Source of the DNA: an uncultured Rickettsiales bacterium
Lineage (GTDB): Bacteria > Pseudomonadota > Alphaproteobacteria > Rickettsiales > SXRF01
Reading direction: 5' to 3'
NCBI GenBank assembly: GCA_964645205.1
Contig: CAZYBO010000005.1
Coordinates: forward strand, 69,789-133,788
Length of the DNA: 64,000 nucleotides
The translations under genes and the position numbers were made by a program. The notes under the pieces are model-generated. The model was given only the letters and a program-made list of their open reading frames with translations. It was not told the origin of the DNA and did no database searches. This document shows positions 10,216 through 19,533 of this stretch, piece by piece (positions within the stretch are counted from its first letter, which is position 1; each line of letters opens with the position of its first letter).

Positions 10216-10869
10216 ATGGAAGAGACCGAAACCCAGGCCACGAAATTCCTGTTCAACGCCGCAAGAGATAAGAACCCGACGGCCATACGCGCTGCGATTG
10301 ATGCGGGAGCGCTTATCGATGACTATGATATTACCGGCAGCACCCCGCTGATTTACGCCGTTTGCGGTAACGATCGCGCAAGCGTGGAAACCTTGCTTTC
10401 GCTCGGTGCGGACATCAACCAGCAGGCGAAAGCCTCCGGCGAAACGCCGCTTTTTTCCGCCGTGAGCCACGGCAATTATGAGATGGCAGAACTGCTGCTG
10501 AAACGCGGCGCCAAACCCGATATCGCTGACAAAATCCAGCAGACTCCCATGCACTACGCGGCGTTCAACGGCCTGACGGAGATAGCGCAACTGCTGCTGC
10601 ACCATAAAGCCAACCCTGAAGCGTTAGATAACGGCCACCAGACGCCGCTGGAAATTGCGCGGGAAGAAGGCCATGCCGATATCATCAAACTGCTGGAACG
10701 GCACTCACACGCCGCAAAGAGCCGCCTGCGGGTGGACATCATGCGTGTAGCTCCTGCAAATAGCAGCCTGCGGGTCGATGTGATGCGCGTGGTTCCCGCC
10801 CAAAACGGCCACACGCACAAACTCCGTGACGCAAAGAACGGCACGCCCGCAAAGAACGGGCGTCACTAG
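10216..10869 (+). CDS. Ankyrin repeat protein
   Basis: Repeats GSTPLIYAV, GETPLFSAV, QQTPMHYAA, HQTPLEIA. The C-terminal tail has a 14-aa duplication. Confidence 0.92.
   Translation: MEETETQATKFLFNAARDKNPTAIRAAIDAGALIDDYDITGSTPLIYAVCGNDRASVETLLSLGADINQQAKASGETPLFSAVSHGNYEMAELLLKRGAKPDIADKIQQTPMHYAAFNGLTEIAQLLLHHKANPEALDNGHQTPLEIAREEGHADIIKLLERHSHAAKSRLRVDIMRVAPANSSLRVDVMRVVPAQNGHTHKLRDAKNGTPAKNGRH
10720..10803 (+). repeat. Two 42-nt tandem coding repeats
   Basis: SRLRVDIMRVAPAN / SSLRVDVMRVVPAQ. Confidence 0.8.
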
Positions 10870-10870
10870 C

Positions 10871-12355
10871 CTACAGCCCCTGCACCTTCAGCCGCTTGCG
10901 TTTGGGTGAGGACGGAATATGCAGCGCCTCGCGGTATTTCGCCACCGTCCTGCGCGCCACGGTGATATTGCGCTGCTTCAGCAGTTCCACGATTTCGTCG
11001 TCGGATAGGATATGCTGCACCGTCTCTTTTTCGATCAGCTCGCTGATATGATTTTTCACCGCCATGCTCGACACGTCGTCGCCGCCTTCGGCACGTTGCA
11101 ATGCCGAGGTGAAGAAATATTTCAGCTCGAACGTACCGCGCGGGCAGACGAGGAACTTGCCGCTGGTGACGCGGCTGATGGTGCTTTCGTGGTAATTGGT
11201 TTCGGCGGCGATGTCTTTCAGCGTCATCGGCTTCAAATAACGCACGCCTAAGCGGAAGAACGCATCCTGCTGCTTCACCAGCTCGCCGCCCACTTTCAGC
11301 ATGGTCTCCGCGCGTTGCTCCAGCGCGCGCACCAGCCAGTTGGCGGAGCCGAACTGCTCGCTGAAATACTGCTTGTCCTGCCGGTTGCGCGTCTCAGATG
11401 TAATTTTTTTATAATAGCGCTTATTGACCATCACCTTCGGGAAATTGGACATGTTCAACTCCACATGCCAGTTGCCGTCGGGTAAGCGGCGCACGAAAAT
11501 ATCCGGCTCCACGGCCTGCGACACTTCATGGTCGAAATCCGCGCCGGGCTTGGGGTTCAGCGCGCGAATCTCTGCGATCATCTGCTTCAAATCGTCCCTG
11601 TCCACACTGCAGCGCTTCTGCAATTCGTCGAACTTGCCCGCCGCCAGCAAATCGAGATGCGCAAGCAGCGCCTGCATCGCCGGGTCGAGCCGGTTTTTTT
11701 CCTTGAGTTGCAGCGCGAGGCATTCGCTTAAGTTGCGCGCGAACACGCCCGGCGGGTCGAAGCGCTGGAGTTGCAGCAGCACCTCCTCCACTTCCTGAAT
11801 TTCAATGCCCAGCAGTTCCGCCAGCGGCTTTAAATCATCCTTGATATAGCCCGCGTCGTCGAGCATATCGATCAGGTGCGAGCCGACCAGCTTCTGCGCG
11901 GGCGCGGCAATATCAAGATGCAATTGCTCCAGCAGATGCTCGCGCAGACTGATGCCGCGCGAAGGATTGTCATCGATGTCGCGCGTGTCGGATTCCGGGT
12001 CGTAATCGCCCGCGCCCGATGATGAGCTTTGCACCGAACGCAAATAATCCGTTTCGATGTCGCCGCTATCGTCGCCCCACTCACCGCTTTCCATCTCGGA
12101 GGTGAAGCTGCTTTCTTCGCTGAAGTCCGCCTCGGCGGGCGCGCCGTCTTCGGAAGGCGCAACGGCCTCATCTGCACCCTGCGGTTCGCTTTCCGCGTCA
12201 TCGGCGGTGAGGAATGGGTTTTTTTCGAGCTCCTGCTCTACGAATTCACGCAACTCCAGCGAGGTGCATTGCAGCAGCTTGATCGATTGCTGCAGCGCTT
12301 GCGTCATCACCAGCGACTGGCCTTGGCGGAGTTCTAGGCGGGGCGCGTTTGACAT
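10871..12355 (-). CDS. rpoN: RNA polymerase sigma-54 factor
   Basis: Q/L-rich region I (LQQSIKLLQ), HESTISR, RpoN box ARRTVAKYRE. Confidence 0.98.
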   Translation of the reverse strand: MSNAPRLELRQGQSLVMTQALQQSIKLLQCTSLELREFVEQELEKNPFLTADDAESEPQGADEAVAPSEDGAPAEADFSEESSFTSEMESGEWGDDSGDIETDYLRSVQSSSSGAGDYDPESDTRDIDDNPSRGISLREHLLEQLHLDIAAPAQKLVGSHLIDMLDDAGYIKDDLKPLAELLGIEIQEVEEVLLQLQRFDPPGVFARNLSECLALQLKEKNRLDPAMQALLAHLDLLAAGKFDELQKRCSVDRDDLKQMIAEIRALNPKPGADFDHEVSQAVEPDIFVRRLPDGNWHVELNMSNFPKVMVNKRYYKKITSETRNRQDKQYFSEQFGSANWLVRALEQRAETMLKVGGELVKQQDAFFRLGVRYLKPMTLKDIAAETNYHESTISRVTSGKFLVCPRGTFELKYFFTSALQRAEGGDDVSSMAVKNHISELIEKETVQHILSDDEIVELLKQRNITVARRTVAKYREALHIPSSPKRKRLKVQGL

Positions 12356-12358
12356 AGG

Positions 12359-13180
12359 TTACAAGCTGAAACGTTCACCCAGATAGACGCGGCGCACTTC
12401 CGCGTTTTTCACGATTTCCGACGGGGTGCCTTCCATCAGCACGCTGCCCTCATGGATAATGTAGGCGCGGTCGATGATGTCGAGCGTCTCGCGCACGTTA
12501 TGGTCGGTGATCAACACGCCGATGCCACGGTCTTTCAGGTGTTTTACAAGGTTGCGTACGTCGTCCACCGCGATGGGGTCGATACCCGCCAGCGGCTCGT
12601 CGAGCAACATGAAGGACGGCTTACTGGCGAGTGCGCGCGCGATTTCCACGCGGCGGCGCTCACCGCCCGAAAGCGTGATGCCCTGCGCCATGCGCAAATG
12701 CGTGATGGAAAATTCCGCGAGCAGGTCATCGAGCATGATCTGTCGCAGCGAAGGATCCTGCTCCACGATCTCCAGCACGGAAAGAATATTCTGCTCCACC
12801 GTCAGCCCCCGGAAAATCGAGGCTTCCTGCGGCAGGTAGCCGATGCCCAGCCGCGCACGGCGATACATGGGCAGGCGCGTGATATCCTCGCCGTCGAGCA
12901 ATATCTGGCCGACATCCGGCTGCACCAGCCCGGTGATCATATAAAAACACGTGGTTTTCCCCGCGCCGTTGGGCCCGAGGAGGCCGACCGCCTCGCCGCG
13001 CTGCAAGCGCAGCGCCACATCGCGCACCACGGGGCGGCCGTTATAGCGCTTGCCGATATGGTAGACTTCCAGCCCGTTATTAGCGGCCACCAGCGTCGGT
13101 TTCCCGCCCGCGCCGATCGCGTCGGTACCCTCGGCGGCCACCTGCGGCAATGTTTTGCGTTTGCTCAGCCACTCGATCAT
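12359..13180 (-). CDS. lptB: LPS export ABC ATPase
   Basis: GPNGAGKTT, LSGGERRRVEIARAL, LITDHNVRETL. Lies between lptA and rpoN. Confidence 0.96.
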   Translation of the reverse strand: MIEWLSKRKTLPQVAAEGTDAIGAGGKPTLVAANNGLEVYHIGKRYNGRPVVRDVALRLQRGEAVGLLGPNGAGKTTCFYMITGLVQPDVGQILLDGEDITRLPMYRRARLGIGYLPQEASIFRGLTVEQNILSVLEIVEQDPSLRQIMLDDLLAEFSITHLRMAQGITLSGGERRRVEIARALASKPSFMLLDEPLAGIDPIAVDDVRNLVKHLKDRGIGVLITDHNVRETLDIIDRAYIIHEGSVLMEGTPSEIVKNAEVRRVYLGERFSL

Positions 13181-13743
13181 GGTTGCTTCCCAGCGTCTTT
13201 TTTATCCGGCACGAACAGGGCGCGCACGCGCTCCTTGCCCTTCGTTCCCGCCTGAGTTGCACTCGCACCGCCGGTCAGCTTGCTTTTACCGGTAGCGAAA
13301 TCATACACCAGCGTGTCGCCCTTGAGCGTGTTTTTCTCCCGCGTAAGCACCACATGGTCGTAGAGATTGATCTTGCGATTCTCCACATCGTACACGCCGC
13401 GCGCGCCGCTGGCGGTTTCCTGCGGGGTTGACAAAAACACGTTGCCGGTCACTTCGATCTTTTTGATCGCATCCCCGTCCTCGGCTTTTTTCTCGCTGCC
13501 ATCTTCGGCGGGCTTGCGGTAGAAAACGTTCATCTTCTCGGATTTCAGCCGCACATCGCCCTGAATGGCCACCACATGCCCGGTGAATATCGCCCGGTTT
13601 TCTTCCTGAAACACTTCAAGCTGGTCGGCGTTGATTTCGATCGGCGCATTGTTGGTTTTTTTGGAAGGCAGCAGCGACGGGCTTGCCGCCTGCGCCTGCT
13701 GAGCGAATATGACCGCGAATCCTATGAGGAGTGCTTTACGCAT
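13177..13743 (-). CDS. lptA: LPS transport periplasmic protein LptA
   Basis: Signal peptide, PIEINADQL, AIFTGHVVAIQG, GRVRA-like C-terminus. Synteny supports the call. Confidence 0.88.
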   Translation of the reverse strand: MRKALLIGFAVIFAQQAQAASPSLLPSKKTNNAPIEINADQLEVFQEENRAIFTGHVVAIQGDVRLKSEKMNVFYRKPAEDGSEKKAEDGDAIKKIEVTGNVFLSTPQETASGARGVYDVENRKINLYDHVVLTREKNTLKGDTLVYDFATGKSKLTGGASATQAGTKGKERVRALFVPDKKDAGKQP

Positions 13744-13751
13744 ATGTGTAT

Positions 13752-14339
13752 TTATTTGCGAGTATACAATTTCATTCTTACCGAACCGTTAAACCGTATC
13801 ACTGCGCCGCGGTCAATCACTTCAAACCCTTTGGCGGTGATCGTGCCGCCGGGCGCCTGACCTTCTACCGGCGTTTCACCGTACGCCCTGCCCTTGTCCA
13901 TGTCAACGTGCGCAAGCTCGCTGCGGAATTCGTAGCCACCGTCGTAAAATACCGTCACGCCGCCGGTCAGCTCCATCTTTTTTTCCGTGAGGTTGATCTC
14001 GCCGCTGCCTGCGTTGAGCGCAAGCCACGTGCCGTTATTCTGCTGCATCTCGGCGCGCACGTTTTGCAGGGTGACCGTATCCTTGTCCTTTTGCAGCGCG
14101 CTGTCGGCGATGATCGTGTACGGCTGGTTCTTCGCGTCCACGCCCTGATAGCGCGGGTTCGCCATCAGGTTCTGCGCGGGCAGGTTCTGCGGCATGTTGG
14201 AAAATACCATGCGCGCGCCTTCTTCGCCGGTATTGTTCGAGGCGATCCACACCACGGCGGCGATCATCGCGAAAATCAGCGCCCAGATAAAACGTTTGCC
14301 GAGGCTGACGAAGCGCGTATAGCGCGCCAGCTTGCTCAT
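13752..14339 (-). CDS. lptC: LPS export protein LptC
   Basis: N-terminal TM helix followed by NPRYQGVDAKNQPYTIIA. Lies between kdsD and lptA. Confidence 0.85.
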   Translation of the reverse strand: MSKLARYTRFVSLGKRFIWALIFAMIAAVVWIASNNTGEEGARMVFSNMPQNLPAQNLMANPRYQGVDAKNQPYTIIADSALQKDKDTVTLQNVRAEMQQNNGTWLALNAGSGEINLTEKKMELTGGVTVFYDGGYEFRSELAHVDMDKGRAYGETPVEGQAPGGTITAKGFEVIDRGAVIRFNGSVRMKLYTRK

Positions 14340-15319
14340 CAGGCGATGCCCGCGCGCAGGCAGTCGTGGATATGAAGTATCCCCACCGGCACGCCGCCAT
14401 CGACGGCGAACAGGCTGGTGATGGAACGCTCGTTCATGATCAACAGCGCTTCCGCAGCCAGCGCGGACGAGCGAATGCCGACCGGGTTTTTCGTCATCAC
14501 CTCGGAGGCTTTTTTATCGAGCAGTCCCGGTTCCATATGGCGGCGCAGGTCGCCGTCGGTGATCACGCCCACGAGCTTGCCTTTTTTATCGGTAACGCCA
14601 GCACAACCGAAACTCTTGGCGGTAATCACCAGCAGCACGTCGCGCATCGGCATATCCTCGGCAGCCAACGGCAATTGCTGGCCTCCGTGCATCAGGTCGG
14701 CCACGCGGATAAAAGCCTTTCCCAGCTTGCCGCCGGGATGATAGAGCGAGAAATCCTCACGGCTGAACCCTTTGCGTTCCAGCAACGCCACCGCCAACGC
14801 GTCGCCAAGCGCGAGCATCATGGTGGTGGATGTCGTGGGCGCGTCGGTGGGGGACGCCTCCGGTATCGGCGGCAGCACCATCGCGATGTCGGCAGCCTCC
14901 ACCAGCATCGAACCTTGCCTGCGCACCATCGCCACCAGCGGAATGGAAAAGCGTTTGCAGTACGCAATAATATCGGCCAATTCCGCCGTTTCGCCGGAGT
15001 TGGACAGGGCAAGCACCGCATCGTCCTGCGTAATCATACCGAGATCGCCATGGCTGGCTTCGCCCGGATGCACGAAATGCGCGGGCGTGCCGGTAGATGC
15101 CATCGTCGCGGCGATCTTGCGCGCAATGTGTCCGCTCTTGCCCATGCCCGATACGATCACGCGCCCACGTATGGCGGAAATGCATGCCACCGCACGCGAA
15201 AACTCACCGTCGAGCGAATCCATCAACGCCTGCAGGCCGAGTATTTCCTGCTTGAGCACCGCCTTGCCGTGATCGACATCGGCATTCGCAGCGTTCGGTT
15301 GTTTGGATGCGCGCGTCAT
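14339..15319 (-). CDS. kdsD: Arabinose-5-phosphate isomerase (SIS + CBS domains)
   Basis: SGMGKSGHIARKIAAT, HPGEASHGDLG, APTTSTT, HPGGKLG. Confidence 0.96.
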   Translation of the reverse strand: MTRASKQPNAANADVDHGKAVLKQEILGLQALMDSLDGEFSRAVACISAIRGRVIVSGMGKSGHIARKIAATMASTGTPAHFVHPGEASHGDLGMITQDDAVLALSNSGETAELADIIAYCKRFSIPLVAMVRRQGSMLVEAADIAMVLPPIPEASPTDAPTTSTTMMLALGDALAVALLERKGFSREDFSLYHPGGKLGKAFIRVADLMHGGQQLPLAAEDMPMRDVLLVITAKSFGCAGVTDKKGKLVGVITDGDLRRHMEPGLLDKKASEVMTKNPVGIRSSALAAEALLIMNERSITSLFAVDGGVPVGILHIHDCLRAGIA

Positions 15320-15934
15320 TTAACTATGCGCGAAAAGATCGTCGTTTTCCCAACCCGCAAGATCGAGTTCCGCACGCCATGGCAGGAAATCGCAACAGGC
15401 TTTGAGCAATTCGTCGCGGCCTTCGCGCCTGAGCATGCCGTCGAGCTTTTCGCGCAGCTTATGCAGGTGCAACACGTCCGACGCCGCGTAATCGATCTGC
15501 TCCTGAGACAGCGCAGGCGCGCCCCAGTCGGAGCTTTGCTGCTGTTTGGAAATGTCCACGCCGAGCAATTCCTTACAGATGTCTTTGTAACCGTGCTTGT
15601 CGGTGTAGGTGCGCGCCAGCCGCGATGCCGTGCGGGTACAATAGACCGGCGCTAGGCGCACGCCCAGATATTCGCGCATGATCGCAAGGTCGAACCGTGC
15701 GAAATGGAAGAGTTTTACACGCTTGGGATCGGTAAGCAGCTTGAGCAGATTCGGCGCGTTATACGCCCCCGGCTCGAACTTCACCAGATGCGCGTCGCCG
15801 CGCCCGTCGGAGATTTGCACCACGCACAGCCGGTCGCGCTTGTTGTTGAGCCCCATCGCCTCGGTATCCACGGCGATGTCGCCTTCAAACGTAAGCCCCG
15901 CGGGGAGATCGCCTTTATGCAGCGTATTCGTAAT
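15320..15934 (-). CDS. rnd: Ribonuclease D-family 3'-5' exonuclease
   Basis: LHKGDLP..AVDTEAMGL, FHFARFD, KQQQSSDWG, YAASDV. The homologous start position falls on an ATT codon at 15934. Confidence 0.88.
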   Translation of the reverse strand: MTNTLHKGDLPAGLTFEGDIAVDTEAMGLNNKRDRLCVVQISDGRGDAHLVKFEPGAYNAPNLLKLLTDPKRVKLFHFARFDLAIMREYLGVRLAPVYCTRTASRLARTYTDKHGYKDICKELLGVDISKQQQSSDWGAPALSQEQIDYAASDVLHLHKLREKLDGMLRREGRDELLKACCDFLPWRAELDLAGWENDDLFAHS

Positions 15935-16245
15935 AACACTTCTCCATCGTTTTGTGGTATGATCCGACGTTGTAATGCAAATCCCGTTGGCGGAAAAGGA
16001 TTTTATATGCGCGTCCCTTGAACGCGAGTCGTTCCTCGGACATATAAATATAGGCACATATATTAATTGACGTTTGGTTAATCTTCCCGGAAAGAGCGCC
16101 GTATCTTCGCAGGATAGTCGCTCTGCCGTTTCAGCCAATCGTTAACATAAGCCCCGCATAAGCATCCAAATTATAACCAAAATTTAATGACATCCCGCGT
16201 AATATAGTACCTGATTCAACACGACCAAGGATCCAGCGACCGCCG

Positions 16246-17676
16246 ATGACCGTACGCCTCACCCGCCACACACTGCTACTGGCAAGCGCAATGACGCTGG
16301 CCGCCGCGTGGCATGCGCATGCGGCGCCGCTTCCATGGCTCAACGATCCGTGGAACGTGCGCAAGGACGTGGGACGTTACGGCGTCAATCTCCGCCCCGC
16401 CGCCTGCCCCGCCGACAACGAAGCGCTGGTGCAGCCGCTGAAACTCAACACGGTCGTTATCCGCGCCTTGTGCAATAACCCCACCAGCCGCGCCGCGTAT
16501 CTGAGCTTGCTCGCACAGGGCGATTCCTACGGCAACAGCCATGCCGCTTACCTCCCCACCGTAACCGCCACGCTCAACCGTTCGCGCACCACCGAATTTG
16601 CCGATGGCGGCAAAAATACTTCGCAAGCAAAAGGCTCCGGCCTCACCGCCAGCATGCTGCTCTACGATTTCGGCCAGCGCGAAGCGTCGCTCGATGTCGC
16701 CGAGCAATCGCTCATCGCCGCCGGGCATAGTTACGATTCCAGTATGCAGGGCATGATCGCCGCCGCGCTGCAGGGCTATTACCGCCTGCTCACATCGCAG
16801 AACGCGGTGAAGGTCGCGGAAGAATCCGAACGTTTCGCCCGCGCCAGCTTCGAGGCCGCCGAGCTGAAGCACAGCATCGGCCAGGTCGCGCTCGCCGACA
16901 AGCTCCAGGCCAAAGGCTCCTATTCGCAGGCGCTGCTCTCCACCCAGCAGGCGCATAACCAGCTTGCGCTGAGCAAGTCCGCGCTGGCGCTGCTGATCGG
17001 CATACCGCCCACCGATGAGCTGGAAGTGAGCGAGATCGACGACCAATCACTCACCGTCGATCCGTTCGACGACAAGGTGCCGCAGTTGATGGAAGAGGCC
17101 AAACGCTTCCGCAACGACCTCGCCGCCCAGCGCGCGGCGGTAAAAGGTTCGGAAGCATCGCTGCGCGCACTGAAACGCTCGCAGCTCGCCACCATATCGG
17201 CAGGCGTGGACATGGGTTTCGACGACGCCGATATTTTTAATACCGCAACCACACGCACGCAGGCCATCGGCGTGTCAGTGAGCATCCCGATCTTCACCGG
17301 CTTTTCGCACACCTACACGCGCCACGCCACCCAGCGCAGGCTGGAAGCGCAACGCGAGCAACTCGCGCAGACGGAGCACAATGTCGAGCAAGACGTGTGG
17401 ACGGCATGGCATAACTACCAAACCGCACGCCTGTCGTGGGACACCAGCTTCGACCAGCTCAATACCGCCACGCAGCTTAAGGACGTATCGCTCGGCCGTT
17501 ACAAGGAAGGCATCGGCACCATCCTCGACGTGCTCAACGCGCAATCGCAATATAGCAGCGCGTTGCAAAGCCAGCTCCAGACGCGCTACAACCTGCTGAC
17601 TACCCGCGTAGACCTTGTGCGCGCCGTGGGCGTGCTCGACCTCGACAGCATACGGCTGGAGGCGGTAGAGCCATGA
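16246..17676 (+). CDS. TolC-family outer membrane efflux protein
   Basis: Signal peptide, LLYDFGQR, VSVSIPIFTG, YKEGIGTILDVLNAQ. Confidence 0.92.
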   Translation: MTVRLTRHTLLLASAMTLAAAWHAHAAPLPWLNDPWNVRKDVGRYGVNLRPAACPADNEALVQPLKLNTVVIRALCNNPTSRAAYLSLLAQGDSYGNSHAAYLPTVTATLNRSRTTEFADGGKNTSQAKGSGLTASMLLYDFGQREASLDVAEQSLIAAGHSYDSSMQGMIAAALQGYYRLLTSQNAVKVAEESERFARASFEAAELKHSIGQVALADKLQAKGSYSQALLSTQQAHNQLALSKSALALLIGIPPTDELEVSEIDDQSLTVDPFDDKVPQLMEEAKRFRNDLAAQRAAVKGSEASLRALKRSQLATISAGVDMGFDDADIFNTATTRTQAIGVSVSIPIFTGFSHTYTRHATQRRLEAQREQLAQTEHNVEQDVWTAWHNYQTARLSWDTSFDQLNTATQLKDVSLGRYKEGIGTILDVLNAQSQYSSALQSQLQTRYNLLTTRVDLVRAVGVLDLDSIRLEAVEP

Positions 17677-18827
17677 AAAAGCATTTCACCCAGCCTTACG
17701 TGCTCGTCGCCACCGTGCTGCTGTTCGGCATCGGCTGGCTGATCCTTCAAAGCTCGGGAAACAACGCTCCCCGCTACCGCACGGCAATCGTCGAACGCGG
17801 CAATATCTCGCAGGTCATCTCCGCCACCGGCACGCTCAACCCCATACAGGTGGTCAATGTCGGCACGCAAGTGTCGGGGCAGATCAACGCCATCCACGTC
17901 AAGGTCAACGACAGGGTCAAAAAAGGCCAGCTCCTCGCCGAAGTCGATCCCGCCATCCCCCTTGCCCAACTCAAGCAGAGCCGCTCCTCCATGGAAACCG
18001 CACGCTCGGCCTATGAGCTGGCAACCCGCGACCTGGAACGCACCCGCATGCTGGTTAAAAAAGATTTCCTGGCGAAAGTAGATCTAGAGCGTGCCGAACA
18101 AGCGCAGCGCGCCGCGAAAAACAGCTACGAATCGCAGAAAACGCAAGTCGAGCGCGACGAGGTGAACCTCAACTACACCAAGGTCACCTCCCCCATCGAC
18201 GGCGTGGTCATCACGCAGGAAGTCACCCCCGGCCAGACCGTCGCATCGAATTTCCAAACCCCCAACCTGTTCAAAATCGCAGGCGACCTGACGAAGATGA
18301 AAATCGAAGTCAATTTCTCCGAAGCGGACATCAGTAGCCTGAAAGAAGGTATGCCGATCACGTTTATCGTCTACGCCTATCCCAATAAAACCTTCAAGGG
18401 CGAGATACAAACCATCAACCTCAATGCGACCAACACCTCTGGCGTTGTAACTTACAATGTCATCATGCATGTGGAAAATGAGGAGCGCCTGCTGCTCCCC
18501 GGCATGACCGCCTATGTCAACGTTACCCTTTCCGAAAGCAAAGACGTGCTGCGAGTGCCGCTCGCGGCACTGCGCTTCCAGCCGCCGCCGGAGCAAAAAG
18601 GTGGGCTGCTGCAATTATTGAAATTCGGCACTACGCCAAAATTCGGTTCCCGGAGCACCAAGAAGAATTCCAAAGACACGTTCGTATACCTGCTTAAAGA
18701 CGATGCGCCGGAAATGGTACAGGTTACTATCACGGACATGGATGAAAGTTTTGCCGCCGTACAAGGAGACCAGATAGCTGAAGGTGATACGGTAATCACA
18801 GGACTGCAATACGCCGGAGCAAAATAG
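17673..18827 (+). CDS. MacA-like periplasmic adaptor
   Basis: ISATGTLNP..VNVGTQVSGQI, VTSPIDGVV, LLPGMTA. Confidence 0.92.
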   Translation: MKKHFTQPYVLVATVLLFGIGWLILQSSGNNAPRYRTAIVERGNISQVISATGTLNPIQVVNVGTQVSGQINAIHVKVNDRVKKGQLLAEVDPAIPLAQLKQSRSSMETARSAYELATRDLERTRMLVKKDFLAKVDLERAEQAQRAAKNSYESQKTQVERDEVNLNYTKVTSPIDGVVITQEVTPGQTVASNFQTPNLFKIAGDLTKMKIEVNFSEADISSLKEGMPITFIVYAYPNKTFKGEIQTINLNATNTSGVVTYNVIMHVENEERLLLPGMTAYVNVTLSESKDVLRVPLAALRFQPPPEQKGGLLQLLKFGTTPKFGSRSTKKNSKDTFVYLLKDDAPEMVQVTITDMDESFAAVQGDQIAEGDTVITGLQYAGAK

Positions 18828-18828
18828 C

Positions 18829-19521
18829 ATGGGTGCGCCCCTTATTTTCATGGAAGATATCGTCAAGGACTATACGCTTGGCGGTAACGTTACCACGCGC
18901 ATCCTGAAGTCCCTTGATCTCTCGATCAGTGAGGGGGAATTCGTATCCATCATGGGGCCATCCGGTTCCGGGAAATCTACGTTAATGAACCTGCTGGGCA
19001 TACTTGACCGCCCGACCAGCGGCACCTACCGACTCGACGGCAATGATATCAACGCCTATGACGACGCCCGCCTCGCGCAGATACGCAACCGCACTATTGG
19101 CTTCGTGTTTCAGGGATTCAACTTGCTGCCGCGCCGCACGATCATTGATAATATCGCTCTTCCGCTGTTCTACCGCAATATGGAGCATGGCGCACGCATC
19201 AAGCAGGCGGAGGAATATCTGGAGATGGTAGGGCTTTCCAGCCACCGCGACTATTTACCCGCTCAACTTTCCGGCGGCCAGCAGCAGCGCATCGCCATCG
19301 CCCGCGCGCTGGCAGGCAAGCCTAAAATCATCCTCGCCGATGAACCCACCGGCAACCTGGACAGTAAAACCAGCGATGAAATCATGCGCTTGTTTTCTAC
19401 CCTCAACGCACAGGGCATCACCATCATCCTCGTTACGCACGAGCAGGACGTCGCAAAGTTCGGCAAGCGCCTCGTACACGTCAAGGACGGGGAGGTCATT
19501 TATGACGGCCCGATGTATTAG
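18829..19521 (+). CDS. MacB/LolD-type ABC ATP-binding subunit
   Basis: [38 protein letters not shown]. Confidence 0.95.
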   Translation: MGAPLIFMEDIVKDYTLGGNVTTRILKSLDLSISEGEFVSIMGPSGSGKSTLMNLLGILDRPTSGTYRLDGNDINAYDDARLAQIRNRTIGFVFQGFNLLPRRTIIDNIALPLFYRNMEHGARIKQAEEYLEMVGLSSHRDYLPAQLSGGQQQRIAIARALAGKPKIILADEPTGNLDSKTSDEIMRLFSTLNAQGITIILVTHEQDVAKFGKRLVHVKDGEVIYDGPMY

Positions 19522-19533
19522 GATCCGCATCCC

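Noticed and set aside
14366-15655. Long antisense ORFs (for example 14366-15655, 1537-2760, 54967-56328, 59353-60663)
   Set aside because: They are shadow frames of well-supported genes in GC-rich DNA, with no recognisable motifs.
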